Source: a virus
Length of the DNA: 64,000 nucleotides
Strand: one strand, 5' to 3'
IMG/VR virus record: IMGVR_UViG_3300021091_000059
Coordinates: 6,089 to 70,088 of that record
Positions 48,191 to 57,804 of this stretch are shown one piece after another; within the stretch, counting starts at the first letter, position 1; each line of letters opens with the position of its first letter. The translations under genes were made by a program, and so were the position numbers. The notes beneath the pieces were generated by a model. It saw nothing but the letters and a program-made list of their open reading frames with translations. It was not told the DNA's origin and did no database searches.

Positions 48191-48796
48191 ATGGCAAACG
48201 AATTTAAAAAAGAATGTGGTTTAGGAATGTATTGGTGCAATACTGATAAAAAATGTAAACCAATGCAAGAAAATGCTAGAATACCAAAAAAACCAGGTCA
48301 ACCAGATAAATCAGATAAACATTCTGATTTATATACCGATGAAGACCCTAAAGGTACAATTCATGGTTTAAAATTTGCTACATCAGAAGACGCAAAAAAA
48401 AGTGTGAGTAAAATTAAATCAAGTGGTCGCTCACATGCTCATAAGATACAGGCTGCCATTGCCATGGAACAAAGAGCTCGTGTCATGGGTAAAACAGAAG
48501 CCGCTGGTGTATATCGAGAATTTATTAATTCTATGAAAAAGAAAACAAAAGATATGCGTGAAGAATGGTCACAAAAATATAAAAAAAGTATAAATTGTAA
48601 TAATCCAAAAGGATTTTCACAAAAAGCTCATTGTCAAGGTCGTAAAAAACGAATGAGTGAAGATGCTCCAGCAAATGCCGTTGGAACAGGTTCGATTGCT
48701 GGTCTTGGTGTTGGATCACAAGGTGAACCCGGTGTCAATAAGAAAAAAAAATTAGCTTCGTTTATAACGTTTATTCGTAGAAAGAAACCTGAATAA
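48191..48796 (+). CDS. Modular basic (probable internal head) protein
   Basis: Cys modules CGLGMYWC and INCNNPKGFSQKAHC, HSDLYTDE and DAPANAVG, separated by xxE. Confidence 0.55.
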   Translation: MANEFKKECGLGMYWCNTDKKCKPMQENARIPKKPGQPDKSDKHSDLYTDEDPKGTIHGLKFATSEDAKKSVSKIKSSGRSHAHKIQAAIAMEQRARVMGKTEAAGVYREFINSMKKKTKDMREEWSQKYKKSINCNNPKGFSQKAHCQGRKKRMSEDAPANAVGTGSIAGLGVGSQGEPGVNKKKKLASFITFIRRKKPE

Positions 48797-48797
48797 T

Positions 48798-49253
48798 ATG
48801 TGGTTGTTGTCATTTATACCTGATTCGTGGATTCAGTTAGCTGTTCATGTTATATTTGGACTAGGTGTTGCTGGTCTTGTATTGACATGGTTAATTCAAA
48901 ACATATTCAATCACTTCACAAGATTGCTTCCATGGATTAAAACAATTCGTTGGATTTCTATTGTATTGTTTGTATGCGGTCTTTATTTTGAAGGTGGTAT
49001 TGGAGTAGAATCAGAATGGCGTGCTCGTGTAGCACAATTAGAAGCTAAAATTAAAGTAGCTGAACAACAATCAAAAGATGCAAATGATAAACTTAAAAAT
49101 CAAGTTACTTCAAAAGTTAAAATTATTAAAATCAATTCTGCAATCAATAAAGAATCTATTGCTCAAAATAAAGAAGTAATTGATGCTGAATGTAGTTTGA
49201 ATGATAAAGCAATTGACATTTATAATAGTGCTGTTAAGAATGGTGCCAAATGA
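48798..49253 (+). CDS. Inner-membrane spanin-like (Rz-like) protein
   Basis: N-terminal TM helices plus periplasmic coiled coil; adjacent lipoprotein gene. Confidence 0.6.
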   Translation: MWLLSFIPDSWIQLAVHVIFGLGVAGLVLTWLIQNIFNHFTRLLPWIKTIRWISIVLFVCGLYFEGGIGVESEWRARVAQLEAKIKVAEQQSKDANDKLKNQVTSKVKIIKINSAINKESIAQNKEVIDAECSLNDKAIDIYNSAVKNGAK

Positions 49254-49513
49254 AAAAATTATTATTGATTAGTTTATTACTAACTGGATGTGCAACAAGT
49301 GTGCCCGTGAAGATGTCTTTTCCACAAGCACCTGAACCTTTATTAGAATCATCTAAAGAGTTGACACCTTTAGACCCTAGTAAAAATAAATTATCTGATT
49401 TATTAGATAACGTAAATACAAACTATACAGAATACCATGAATTACAAGAAAAACATAAGGCTTGGATTGAATGGTATAATACTCAACGAAAAATATTTGA
49501 AGGTGTGAAATGA
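49250..49513 (+). CDS. Outer-membrane lipoprotein, o-spanin (Rz1-like)
   Basis: Lipobox LLTGC, Pro-rich FPQAPEPL; overlaps the i-spanin stop. Confidence 0.65.
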   Translation: MKKLLLISLLLTGCATSVPVKMSFPQAPEPLLESSKELTPLDPSKNKLSDLLDNVNTNYTEYHELQEKHKAWIEWYNTQRKIFEGVK

Positions 49514-49911
49514 AAAAATTAATACTTATAGCATCCATGTTTTTCTTAACTAGCTGTGCAGCTATTGATGCTTATCGCATGGCTAAATTTGATAACAATG
49601 AATATGCTCTTATCAATTCAGTAAGAACACAAGCCAATTTAGGCGCAGCCAAATGTGGTACACCAGAAGTAAAAGATACTGTCAATAAAATTTATTACAA
49701 GGCAGTAGAATTAAGAAATTATAGTCAATCAATACCAAAGAATGAAGAAACAATTAAGATGTCTTCAGAGTTGGCAGAAATTGTAAAAGGGTTAAGTGAA
49801 AGATATAAAGAAACTGAACCTGTAAGTTTACCATATTGCACAACTAAATTTGGTTTGATAGAAAAGAATGCTGTAACAATCCAAAATGTAGTAGGAGGTA
49901 AACCAAGATGA
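49510..49911 (+). CDS. Lipoprotein
   Basis: Signal peptide II with lipobox FLTSC. Confidence 0.65.
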   Translation: MKKLILIASMFFLTSCAAIDAYRMAKFDNNEYALINSVRTQANLGAAKCGTPEVKDTVNKIYYKAVELRNYSQSIPKNEETIKMSSELAEIVKGLSERYKETEPVSLPYCTTKFGLIEKNAVTIQNVVGGKPR

Positions 49912-50153
49912 GCGATTTATTAAACGAATTATTAGGTTCAGATAATGCGGCCGTGGCAGATTTTGCCAAAGAGGCCAACGACTTCAAATCTATGTTTGAA
50001 GCAAAACAAATTAGTGCTAGTGAATATAAAGAATTACTCCGTGATTTAGAGCATAGTAAGGCTATCGCAGCTGCGGCTGGCGATTTAGAAACGAAAACTA
50101 AATTAAATGAACTCATTGAAAATCTAATCAATGTAGTTTCATTAGTTGCTTAA
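49908..50153 (+). CDS. Hypothetical protein
   Basis: GGAGG RBS; helical ORF. Confidence 0.55.
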   Translation: MSDLLNELLGSDNAAVADFAKEANDFKSMFEAKQISASEYKELLRDLEHSKAIAAAAGDLETKTKLNELIENLINVVSLVA

Positions 50154-50162
50154 GGAGGAAAC

Positions 50163-50591
50163 ATGGCAGAGATAAAACAAGGCGTAAGTGATAACGCTTA
50201 CCAACATTTAAGAGAAGCAGATACTAATGGTGATGGTTATGTAAGTAGCCAAGAGTTAGCTATGTATTTGGAATTTAAGCGTAAAGAACTTGAAGACCAA
50301 GACGCACAACGAGATGCTATGCGTAAGATGACATGGTTTGCTTTGTGGGGTATGTTATTATATCCAGTCACTATTGTTATTGCTTCATGGCTTGATGTTG
50401 ATGACGCAGCTACTATCATTGGTAATATTGCACCCACATATTTTGTGGCTATCTCCGCTTTAGTTGCAGCTTTCTTTGGTGCTAATGCTTATTCATCAGC
50501 AAAAAAGTCTGAAACATCTAATTTTATTCAACCACCAATGCCAATAAAACCAAAACCAGCAGCTAAGGTAGAAGAAGAATATGTTGCCTGA
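50163..50591 (+). CDS. Holin-like two-TM membrane protein with N-terminal EF-hand
   Basis: DTNGDGYVSSQE loop; two TM helices ending AAFFG; located in the lysis-like cluster. Confidence 0.55.
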   Translation: MAEIKQGVSDNAYQHLREADTNGDGYVSSQELAMYLEFKRKELEDQDAQRDAMRKMTWFALWGMLLYPVTIVIASWLDVDDAATIIGNIAPTYFVAISALVAAFFGANAYSSAKKSETSNFIQPPMPIKPKPAAKVEEEYVA

Positions 50592-51051
50592 TGAGCAAGA
50601 AGTTCAAGATTTGAAATTAGGCATCGGTTTGCTCAAAAAAGATGTAGAGCAGACCGATGAACTTTGCCACAAATTATCTGATTCATTGAGTAAGCTTCAA
50701 GAAATCAATATCAATCTCATGCAAATGATTACCTTGCATGAGCAGAGGCACGAACAACATGAAAAATCAGAACAAGAATTAAAAGAAGATATTAAAGAAC
50801 TTCATTCTCGTATTACCACTATCAATCGTGAAATTCATGAGCGCATTGATCAAGTAGAAAAACACATTACTGATAGATTAGATGATATTCGTTCCGATTT
50901 AGCAAGGCACAAACAACAAGACAAAAAAACAATTATTACCGAATTAAGTGAAGTTGAAAAATGGAAATGGATGCTTCTTGGTGGAGTTTTGGTTGGCGGT
51001 TTCATTTTAGGTAAAGTTGATATATCTACCTTACTTCCTTACATAAACTAA
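50581..51051 (+). CDS. Coiled-coil protein with C-terminal TM helix
   Basis: Heptad repeats followed by EKWKWMLLGGVLVGGFIL. Confidence 0.6.
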   Translation: MLPDEQEVQDLKLGIGLLKKDVEQTDELCHKLSDSLSKLQEININLMQMITLHEQRHEQHEKSEQELKEDIKELHSRITTINREIHERIDQVEKHITDRLDDIRSDLARHKQQDKKTIITELSEVEKWKWMLLGGVLVGGFILGKVDISTLLPYIN

Positions 51052-51080
51052 TTGACATTTTTTGAAAGTTGTGTTATAGT
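51052..51080 (+). promoter_or_regulatory. sigma70-type promoter for primase
   Basis: TTGACA-17bp-TATAGT with TG extension. Confidence 0.75.
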
Positions 51081-51088
51081 ATGATTCT

Positions 51089-52123
51089 ATGTCACTTATT
51101 ATTGATTCAAAATATCTAAAGTTAATTTCTTACCGTTTAAGAAACTTTAAACAAAAAAAAGATTATCTCTGGAACTTTTCATGCCCATTCTGCGGTGATT
51201 CTAAAAAGAAAATCAGCAAAGCTCGTGGTTATGTATTTCAAAAAAGCAATAATTTAGTCTTTCGTTGTCACAATTGTGGGCATGGTGCCAACATTAGCAA
51301 TCTGCTTAATCAAGTTGATCCATCACTTCAAAAAGAATATATCATGGAAAGATATAAATCTGGCGAAATGAAATCATCTAATTATAAAGAACCAAAATTT
51401 AACGTACCTGTACCAAGATTTGATAAACTAGAAAAACAAAAAGTATTTGATCATGCTGAATTTTGTGATAAACTTCCACAAGGCCATTTTTGTTTAACAT
51501 ATTTACAAAAAAGAAAAATACCAACTAAACATTATGGTCGTTTATTATTTACATTACACTATAAACAATTCATTGATGCTTTGATTCCAAATAATGAGCA
51601 TCAACTAATTGATGATGCTCGCTTGGTCATACCATTCTATGATGAATATGATAATTTGATTGCGGTATCGGGTCGTGCATTAGAGAATAGTGATAAAACA
51701 TTAAGATATATAACATTGAGAACTCATGATTCTGATAAGAAGTTAATTTATGGTATGGATCGTGTGGATTTATCAAAACCTGTGACGATTGTTGAAGGCC
51801 CAATTGATAGTTTGTTTTTGAATAATTGTTTAGCTTCTGGTGATGCTAACTTAACAACTGTTGCAAAAAGCATCAATGCACCCAAGAAGATACTCATATT
51901 TGATAACGAACCACGAAATAAAGAAATCGTAAAAATGATGCAAGATGCAATCAAATCACAGCATGATGTCGTCATTTGGCCGAAAACTCTTTCTGATAAT
52001 AAAGATATAAATGAAATAATTTTATCAGGAATTACCTTGGATGAGATAAAAAATATTATAAGTAGAAGCACCTTCTCTGGTTTAGAAGCGCAAACAAACT
52101 TTGTATTCTGGAAAAAAATATAG
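51089..52123 (+). CDS. g61: DNA primase gp61
   Basis: CPFCGDS..KARG, CHNC, VEGPIDSLF, FDNEPRN and KDINE. Confidence 0.96.
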   Translation: MSLIIDSKYLKLISYRLRNFKQKKDYLWNFSCPFCGDSKKKISKARGYVFQKSNNLVFRCHNCGHGANISNLLNQVDPSLQKEYIMERYKSGEMKSSNYKEPKFNVPVPRFDKLEKQKVFDHAEFCDKLPQGHFCLTYLQKRKIPTKHYGRLLFTLHYKQFIDALIPNNEHQLIDDARLVIPFYDEYDNLIAVSGRALENSDKTLRYITLRTHDSDKKLIYGMDRVDLSKPVTIVEGPIDSLFLNNCLASGDANLTTVAKSINAPKKILIFDNEPRNKEIVKMMQDAIKSQHDVVIWPKTLSDNKDINEIILSGITLDEIKNIISRSTFSGLEAQTNFVFWKKI

Positions 52124-52190
52124 CATACACAATCTGACACACATTTGCGTTTAATATCTCAGTAATTTTTTAATAATTTGGAGTATTTGA

Positions 52191-53990
52191 ATGACTAATA
52201 TCGTTCACGGTATAAAGATAGACTATTCTCGTGATTCTCTCTTTGATGAACTTGGATTAAAAAGACTTAAAGAATCATATATGCGTGAAGATGAACAGTC
52301 ACCACAGGAAAGATTTGCATATGTATCAAAAACTTTTGGAAGTAATGAAGAACATTCACAACGGCTTTATGATTACGTTAGTAGGCATTGGCTTTCTTAT
52401 TCTACTCCTGTCCTTTCTTTCGGTCGTAGCAAACGTGGTCTGCCTATTTCTTGTTTCTTACCTTATCTGGATGATTCGGCAGAAGGTCTCGTTGAAACAT
52501 TATCAGAAGTAAATTGGTTGTCAATGCTAGGAGGTGGAGTTGGAATTGGTATCGGTATTCGTTCTACTGATGATAAGTCTGTTGGCGTTATGCCTCATCT
52601 TCGCACTTATGATGCTTCTTCTTTGGCTTATCGTCAAGGTCGCACTCGTAGGGGTTCTTATGCTGCTTATTTGGATATTTCTCACCCTGATATTATGATG
52701 TTTCTTGAAATGAGAAAACCAACGGGTGATCAAAACATGCGTTGCTTAAATCTTCATCATGGTATTAACATTACTGATAACTTCATGCACATTATTGAAA
52801 GATGTATGCTTGATCCAAACGCAAATGATGATTGGGAATTAAAAGATCCGCACAATGGCGAAGTTCGTGAAGTAGTATCAGCAAAACATTTATGGCAAGC
52901 CATTCTTGAAATGCGTATGCAAACAGGTGAACCCTATATTCACTATGTTGATACAAGTAACAATGCAATGCCACAATGGCAAAAAGATTTAGGCCTCAAG
53001 ATTCGTCAGAGTAATCTTTGCTCTGAAATTGTTTTACCAACAGATGATGAAAGAACAGCTGTGTGTTGCTTATCATCATTAAACCTAGAATACTATGATA
53101 ATTGGAAAGAAGATGCACTCTTTTTAAAAGATGTAGCAGAAATGCTTGATAATGTTTTACAACATTTTATTGATAATGCACCAAAACAAATTAAGAGAGC
53201 TAAATATTCTGCTATGCGTGAAAGAAGTATTGGTATCGGCGCATTAGGATTTCATGCTTATCTACAAAAGAACAATTTACCATGGGAAAATCCAATGACC
53301 GTTGGTCGTAATAAAACTATGTTTAATCATATTAGGAGTAAATTAAATGAAGCAAATAAAGAATTGGGTAGAGAGCGTGGCGAAGCACCTGACGCCAAAG
53401 GTACGGGTAACCGTTTTAGCCATCTTATGGCTATTGCTCCTAACGCTTCTAGCAGTATCATTATGGGAAACACCAGTCCAAGTATAGAACCTTATCGTGC
53501 TAATGCTTATCGCCAAGATACTTTAAGTGGTGCTTTCTTAAACAAGAATCGTTATTTGGATATAATCATTAAAAAGAAATGTGAAGAAGATACTAAATTA
53601 GATTATAATGAAATTTGGTCGAGTATTATTGCGAATGATGGTTCGGTTCAACATTTGGATATTTTAGATGATTGGACTAAAGATGTATTCAAAACATCCA
53701 TGGAAATAGATCAACGCTGGATTATTCAACATGCAGCTGATCGCCAAGAATATATTGATCAAGCTCAATCACTTAATTTATTCTTTAGACCAGATGTGAA
53801 TGTGAAATACCTCCATGCAATTCATTTTATGGCATGGAAAACAGGACTTAAAACACTATACTATTGCCGTTCTGAAAAGATTGGTAAAGCTGATAAAGTG
53901 GCCAAGAAGATTGAGCGTGAAGCAATTAAAGAGATAGACTTAAAACAATTAGCAACGGAAGAATCCGTTTGCGTAGCTTGCGAAGGATAA
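52191..53990 (+). CDS. nrdA: Ribonucleotide reductase class I alpha subunit (short, no ATP cone)
   Basis: PISCF, SNLCSE, VCCLSS, APNASS, KTLYY and C-terminal CVACEG. Confidence 0.96.
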   Translation: MTNIVHGIKIDYSRDSLFDELGLKRLKESYMREDEQSPQERFAYVSKTFGSNEEHSQRLYDYVSRHWLSYSTPVLSFGRSKRGLPISCFLPYLDDSAEGLVETLSEVNWLSMLGGGVGIGIGIRSTDDKSVGVMPHLRTYDASSLAYRQGRTRRGSYAAYLDISHPDIMMFLEMRKPTGDQNMRCLNLHHGINITDNFMHIIERCMLDPNANDDWELKDPHNGEVREVVSAKHLWQAILEMRMQTGEPYIHYVDTSNNAMPQWQKDLGLKIRQSNLCSEIVLPTDDERTAVCCLSSLNLEYYDNWKEDALFLKDVAEMLDNVLQHFIDNAPKQIKRAKYSAMRERSIGIGALGFHAYLQKNNLPWENPMTVGRNKTMFNHIRSKLNEANKELGRERGEAPDAKGTGNRFSHLMAIAPNASSSIIMGNTSPSIEPYRANAYRQDTLSGAFLNKNRYLDIIIKKKCEEDTKLDYNEIWSSIIANDGSVQHLDILDDWTKDVFKTSMEIDQRWIIQHAADRQEYIDQAQSLNLFFRPDVNVKYLHAIHFMAWKTGLKTLYYCRSEKIGKADKVAKKIEREAIKEIDLKQLATEESVCVACEG

Positions 53991-53992
53991 AA

Positions 53993-54982
53993 ATGACCAA
54001 GAAATACGATTACAAAATTACAGACGAAAGAACCAGTTTCAAACCATTTTTTTATCCTTGGGCCTACGATTCTTGGCTTAAACATGAACAAAGTCACTGG
54101 CTTCATACTGAAATTCCTATGGCTGAAGATGTCAAAGATTGGAAGAATAAAATTACACCATCACAAAAACAATTTTTAACACACATCTTTCGTTTTTTTA
54201 CTCAAGGTGATGTAGATGTAGCTTCAGGATATGTAAAGAATTATCTACCATATTTTTCACAACCAGAAGTTCGTATGATGTTATTAGGTTTTGCAGCTCG
54301 TGAAGCACTTCATGTTGCAGCTTATTCTCACCTCATTGAAACATTAGGTTTACCAGATACAACTTATAATCAATTTTTAGATTATCAACAAATGAAGGAT
54401 AAACACGATTACGTTACGGATATTAGCTCAAAGAATGGTGACCTTGCGTCAACTGCAAAACACATCGCCGTCTTCTCTGCTTTTACGGAGGGCATGCAGC
54501 TTTTTAGTTCTTTTATTATGTTGCTTAATTTTCCTCGTCATGGTATGATGAAGGGTATGGGCCAAGTGATTACATGGTCTATTGTGGATGAAACACAACA
54601 TTGTGAATCTATGATTAAATTATTCAGAACCTATATAGAAGAAAACAAAGAAATCTGGAACGATGAATTAAAGAGCCAAATCTACACCATCGCAGAAAAG
54701 ATGGTTGAATTGGAAGATAGGTTTGTTGATTTAGCTTTTGAAATGGGTGATATGCCAGACTTAACTGCAGCTGATGTAAAACAATATATTCGTTATATCT
54801 GTGATAGGCGCCTTATTTCACTTGGTATGAAAGGCGTATTCAAAGTGAAAAAGAATCCATTACCATGGGTTGAAGAAATGATTAACGCACCGACACACAC
54901 AAACTTTTTTGAGAATCGTGCTACTGATTATGCCAAAGGTGCTTTATCAGGTAATTGGAGTGATGTTTGGAGCCAAACCTAA
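53993..54982 (+). CDS. nrdB: Ribonucleotide reductase class I beta subunit
   Basis: FFTQGD, EALHVAAY, EGMQLFSSF, DETQH and NFFENRATDY. Confidence 0.96.
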   Translation: MTKKYDYKITDERTSFKPFFYPWAYDSWLKHEQSHWLHTEIPMAEDVKDWKNKITPSQKQFLTHIFRFFTQGDVDVASGYVKNYLPYFSQPEVRMMLLGFAAREALHVAAYSHLIETLGLPDTTYNQFLDYQQMKDKHDYVTDISSKNGDLASTAKHIAVFSAFTEGMQLFSSFIMLLNFPRHGMMKGMGQVITWSIVDETQHCESMIKLFRTYIEENKEIWNDELKSQIYTIAEKMVELEDRFVDLAFEMGDMPDLTAADVKQYIRYICDRRLISLGMKGVFKVKKNPLPWVEEMINAPTHTNFFENRATDYAKGALSGNWSDVWSQT

Positions 54983-55117
54983 AACTATGATATATACTAA
55001 TTGGTGTATGTCATTTAGCATATCCTGATGTATATAAGCAGACATTCAAATTTTAACCTCTCCTTTGTATAAGTAATTGTAATTGCATAGGTTATGCAAA
55101 TATTAAGGAGAAATTAA

Positions 55118-55372
55118 ATGTTAAAAAATCTACTATTGGTAACACTATTAAGCACAACAATATCAGTATATGCAGAAGATGATGTTCAACAAAAGAATAC
55201 GGGTAATCAACAACAACTATCAAAACGACCATATTCAGCTCCAGTAAACAAAGCTGAAGAATACGAAGGCAATACTATTGATGAAGATTCAGTTAAACAT
55301 GACCGTATTCAAAAAACTTTGAACCTACATATGTTAGGCAAGCGTCCGTGGGTTGATAACAGAACGGATTAA
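55118..55372 (+). CDS. Small secreted protein with a repeated L(S/G)KRP(Y/W) motif
   Basis: AAGGAG RBS; Sec signal ending VYA; QQLSKRPY and HMLGKRPW. Confidence 0.65.
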   Translation: MLKNLLLVTLLSTTISVYAEDDVQQKNTGNQQQLSKRPYSAPVNKAEEYEGNTIDEDSVKHDRIQKTLNLHMLGKRPWVDNRTD

Positions 55373-55404
55373 ATAATATAATTTAATAAAGGTTATAAAT
55401 TAAT

Positions 55405-56133
55405 TTGAGGAAAATATTACTATTATTACTATTACCATTAACATCTCTGGCGAATCCTATTGATGATAAATGTCCACAATTTACACCTTATGGTGCACCG
55501 GTGTCAAAGGCGGTCAATGTTCAGTATATGTGTAAAAAGAATTATGCTTTACAATACAATTACAATACAAAGACCGCTGTATATGTGCTAGAGCATCTTA
55601 CTAAAGAATCAATTACAGGCCCAGCAAAACGCAAAGATGACTTTCGTCCTGATCCTGAAGTTCCTGTTCAACATCAAAGTCAACTAGCAGATTATGCTGG
55701 TAAACCATATGACCGTGGTCATTTAAGTCCTGGCGCTGACAATACACAAAATGATGAAATCATGTCTGAATCATTCTTTTTAACGAATATGATTCCACAG
55801 ATACCAAATAATAACCGTGGTATCTGGAAACAATTAGAAATTAAAGTGCGTGAATATGTATTGAAAAATAATGATGTATATATAGCTTCTGGACCAATTT
55901 ATGAAAAAGGTTATGCGGTCATTGGTAACAATGTTGGTATTCCTACAAAAATATATAAAGTAATTGTTGATGTAAAGAATCAAAAGTCAGCAGCTTACAT
56001 ATTTCCAAATACATCGTTACCTGTTGCAGATTTAGAAAAATATAAATTATCCATAACAGAGGCTGAAAAGATTATTCGTGTCAATTTTAACCCTAAACTT
56101 AAAGATTCATTAGAGAGTAAAAACAATTGGTAA
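55405..56133 (+). CDS. Secreted DNA/RNA non-specific endonuclease (NucA/EndoG family)
   Basis: Signal peptide; [17 protein letters not shown] and NRGIWKQLE. Confidence 0.92.
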   Translation: MRKILLLLLLPLTSLANPIDDKCPQFTPYGAPVSKAVNVQYMCKKNYALQYNYNTKTAVYVLEHLTKESITGPAKRKDDFRPDPEVPVQHQSQLADYAGKPYDRGHLSPGADNTQNDEIMSESFFLTNMIPQIPNNNRGIWKQLEIKVREYVLKNNDVYIASGPIYEKGYAVIGNNVGIPTKIYKVIVDVKNQKSAAYIFPNTSLPVADLEKYKLSITEAEKIIRVNFNPKLKDSLESKNNW

Positions 56134-56450
56134 CATTAGAACAAGGCGCTATTAATAAAATTAAAAGCTTACTCGCCGAGGAAGACAATCAAAACCTTAA
56201 ATTAAGACTGTTTGTTTCTGGTGGTGGTTGCTCTGGTTTTCAATATGGTTTTACTTTTGATGAATCTCAAGGTGAAGATGATTTTGTAGTAGAAAAAGAT
56301 GGCGTAACTTTACTTGTAGATGCTATGAGTATGCAATATCTTGATGGTGCTACAATAGATTATAGTAAAACATTAATGGCTGAACAATTTCAAATTAAGA
56401 ACCCAAATGCCACAAGTAAATGTGGTTGTGGTTCATCATTTTCAGCATAG
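56127..56450 (+). CDS. erpA: Fe-S cluster insertion protein ErpA/IscA
   Basis: [17 protein letters not shown] and [14 protein letters not shown]. Confidence 0.9.
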   Translation: MVTLEQGAINKIKSLLAEEDNQNLKLRLFVSGGGCSGFQYGFTFDESQGEDDFVVEKDGVTLLVDAMSMQYLDGATIDYSKTLMAEQFQIKNPNATSKCGCGSSFSA

Positions 56451-56459
56451 GATAATTTT

Positions 56460-56843
56460 ATGGCATATTCTGAAAAAGTATTAGATCATTATGAAAATCC
56501 AAGAAATGTTGGCTCTTTTCCTAAAGACGAACCAAATGTTGGCACAGGAATGGTTGGTGCACCGGCCTGTGGTGACGTAATGAAATTACAAATCAAAGTA
56601 GAAAATGGTGTCATTACAGATGCTAAATTTAAGACCTATGGTTGTGGTTCAGCCATAGCCTCATCAAGTTTAGTGACAGAAATAATCAAAGGTAAAACTC
56701 TTCAAGAGGCCTCTACTATCAAAAACTCAGCTATTGCTGAAGAACTCGCACTCCCTCCAGTAAAAATACATTGTTCAGTTCTTGCTGAAGATGCTATCAA
56801 AGCTGCAATTAAAAACTACGAACTTAACTGTTCGTGTAAATAA
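56460..56843 (+). CDS. iscU: Fe-S cluster scaffold IscU
   Basis: MAYSEKVLDHYENPRNVG, GAPACGD, GCGSAIAS and LPPVKIHCS. Confidence 0.97.
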   Translation: MAYSEKVLDHYENPRNVGSFPKDEPNVGTGMVGAPACGDVMKLQIKVENGVITDAKFKTYGCGSAIASSSLVTEIIKGKTLQEASTIKNSAIAEELALPPVKIHCSVLAEDAIKAAIKNYELNCSCK

Positions 56844-56859
56844 TTCAATAAAATAACTT

Positions 56860-57033
56860 ATGGCAAACAAACACCATTCGTGTGAATGTGGGTCTAAATA
56901 TGTGATACAGTATGACAAAGAGATATGTGAAACAGATCCTCTCTATTGTCCATTCTGTGGTGAATACATGATAGACGAAATTGATAAAATTAAAAAATCA
57001 TTCAACGAGGAAGATGACGGTTACACAGATTGA
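56860..57033 (+). CDS. Small zinc-ribbon protein (57 aa)
   Basis: Not in the ORF track; CECG...CPFCG and an acidic tail. Confidence 0.7.
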   Translation: MANKHHSCECGSKYVIQYDKEICETDPLYCPFCGEYMIDEIDKIKKSFNEEDDGYTD

Positions 57034-57482
57034 AATGGACATATAATCATAAAGAATTTACGGGTGAAGAAATTGGTGAATATTTTGGCATGGTGTATCT
57101 TATTACAAATGTCAGAACTGGTCGTAAATATGTAGGTAAGAAGTTTTTTACCAAAGCTGCAAGGCGTCAAGTAAAAGGTAAATCCAAAAAAGTTAGAATT
57201 ACTTCTGATTGGGAAAAATACTTTGGTTCTAACAAAATTATTCAAGAAGAGGTAAAAACACTTGGAGAAAATGTGTTTAGAAGAGAGATATTACATCTCT
57301 GTAAATCACGCTCTGAATGTGCTTATTGGGAGACCTGGGAGATATTTAATCGGGACGCTTTAAGAACTGATGATTACTATAATGATTGGGTTTCATGTCG
57401 GATTAGGAAAGCTCATTTATTATCAAACCGGACACCAGCTATGTATAAAACAAAGATGCGCCGGCCAACACATTTTCGCTAA
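57030..57482 (+). CDS. GIY-YIG endonuclease
   Basis: GMVYLITN..GRKYVGKK, SDWEKYFGS, REIL and YYN. Confidence 0.85.
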   Translation: MKWTYNHKEFTGEEIGEYFGMVYLITNVRTGRKYVGKKFFTKAARRQVKGKSKKVRITSDWEKYFGSNKIIQEEVKTLGENVFRREILHLCKSRSECAYWETWEIFNRDALRTDDYYNDWVSCRIRKAHLLSNRTPAMYKTKMRRPTHFR

Positions 57483-57504
57483 ATAAATTCAATTATTGCC
57501 CAAT

Positions 57505-57741
57505 ATGCAGAAAAATTTAGAGACCGACATTATCAAACATCTTCGTTCATGGCACCCAGTTGTTCATGAATATTGGTGGATTAAATTTTCAAATTACAAA
57601 GGAAACATACTTATATTTGTTTGTTCTACACTTACGGGACAAGTAATGACTCGTTACTTCACAAATGAAGATTTAGCTTGCAAATTTGTTAATTGGATAT
57701 TCAATCAAGACCCAACTCAATTGATAAAACATCAGGATTAA
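57505..57741 (+). CDS. Hypothetical protein
   Basis: ORF with WIKFS motif. Confidence 0.5.
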   Translation: MQKNLETDIIKHLRSWHPVVHEYWWIKFSNYKGNILIFVCSTLTGQVMTRYFTNEDLACKFVNWIFNQDPTQLIKHQD

Positions 57742-57804
57742 ACATTTTGAATAGATAAATACACTATAAATGTAAATTCATCAATCATTGTTTAGAGAGA
57801 TTCT

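Noticed and set aside
27964-54982. Introns or inteins in gp43, uvsX, gp41, nrdA and nrdB
   Set aside because: ORFs are continuous, of normal or short length, with no intein-like inserts visible
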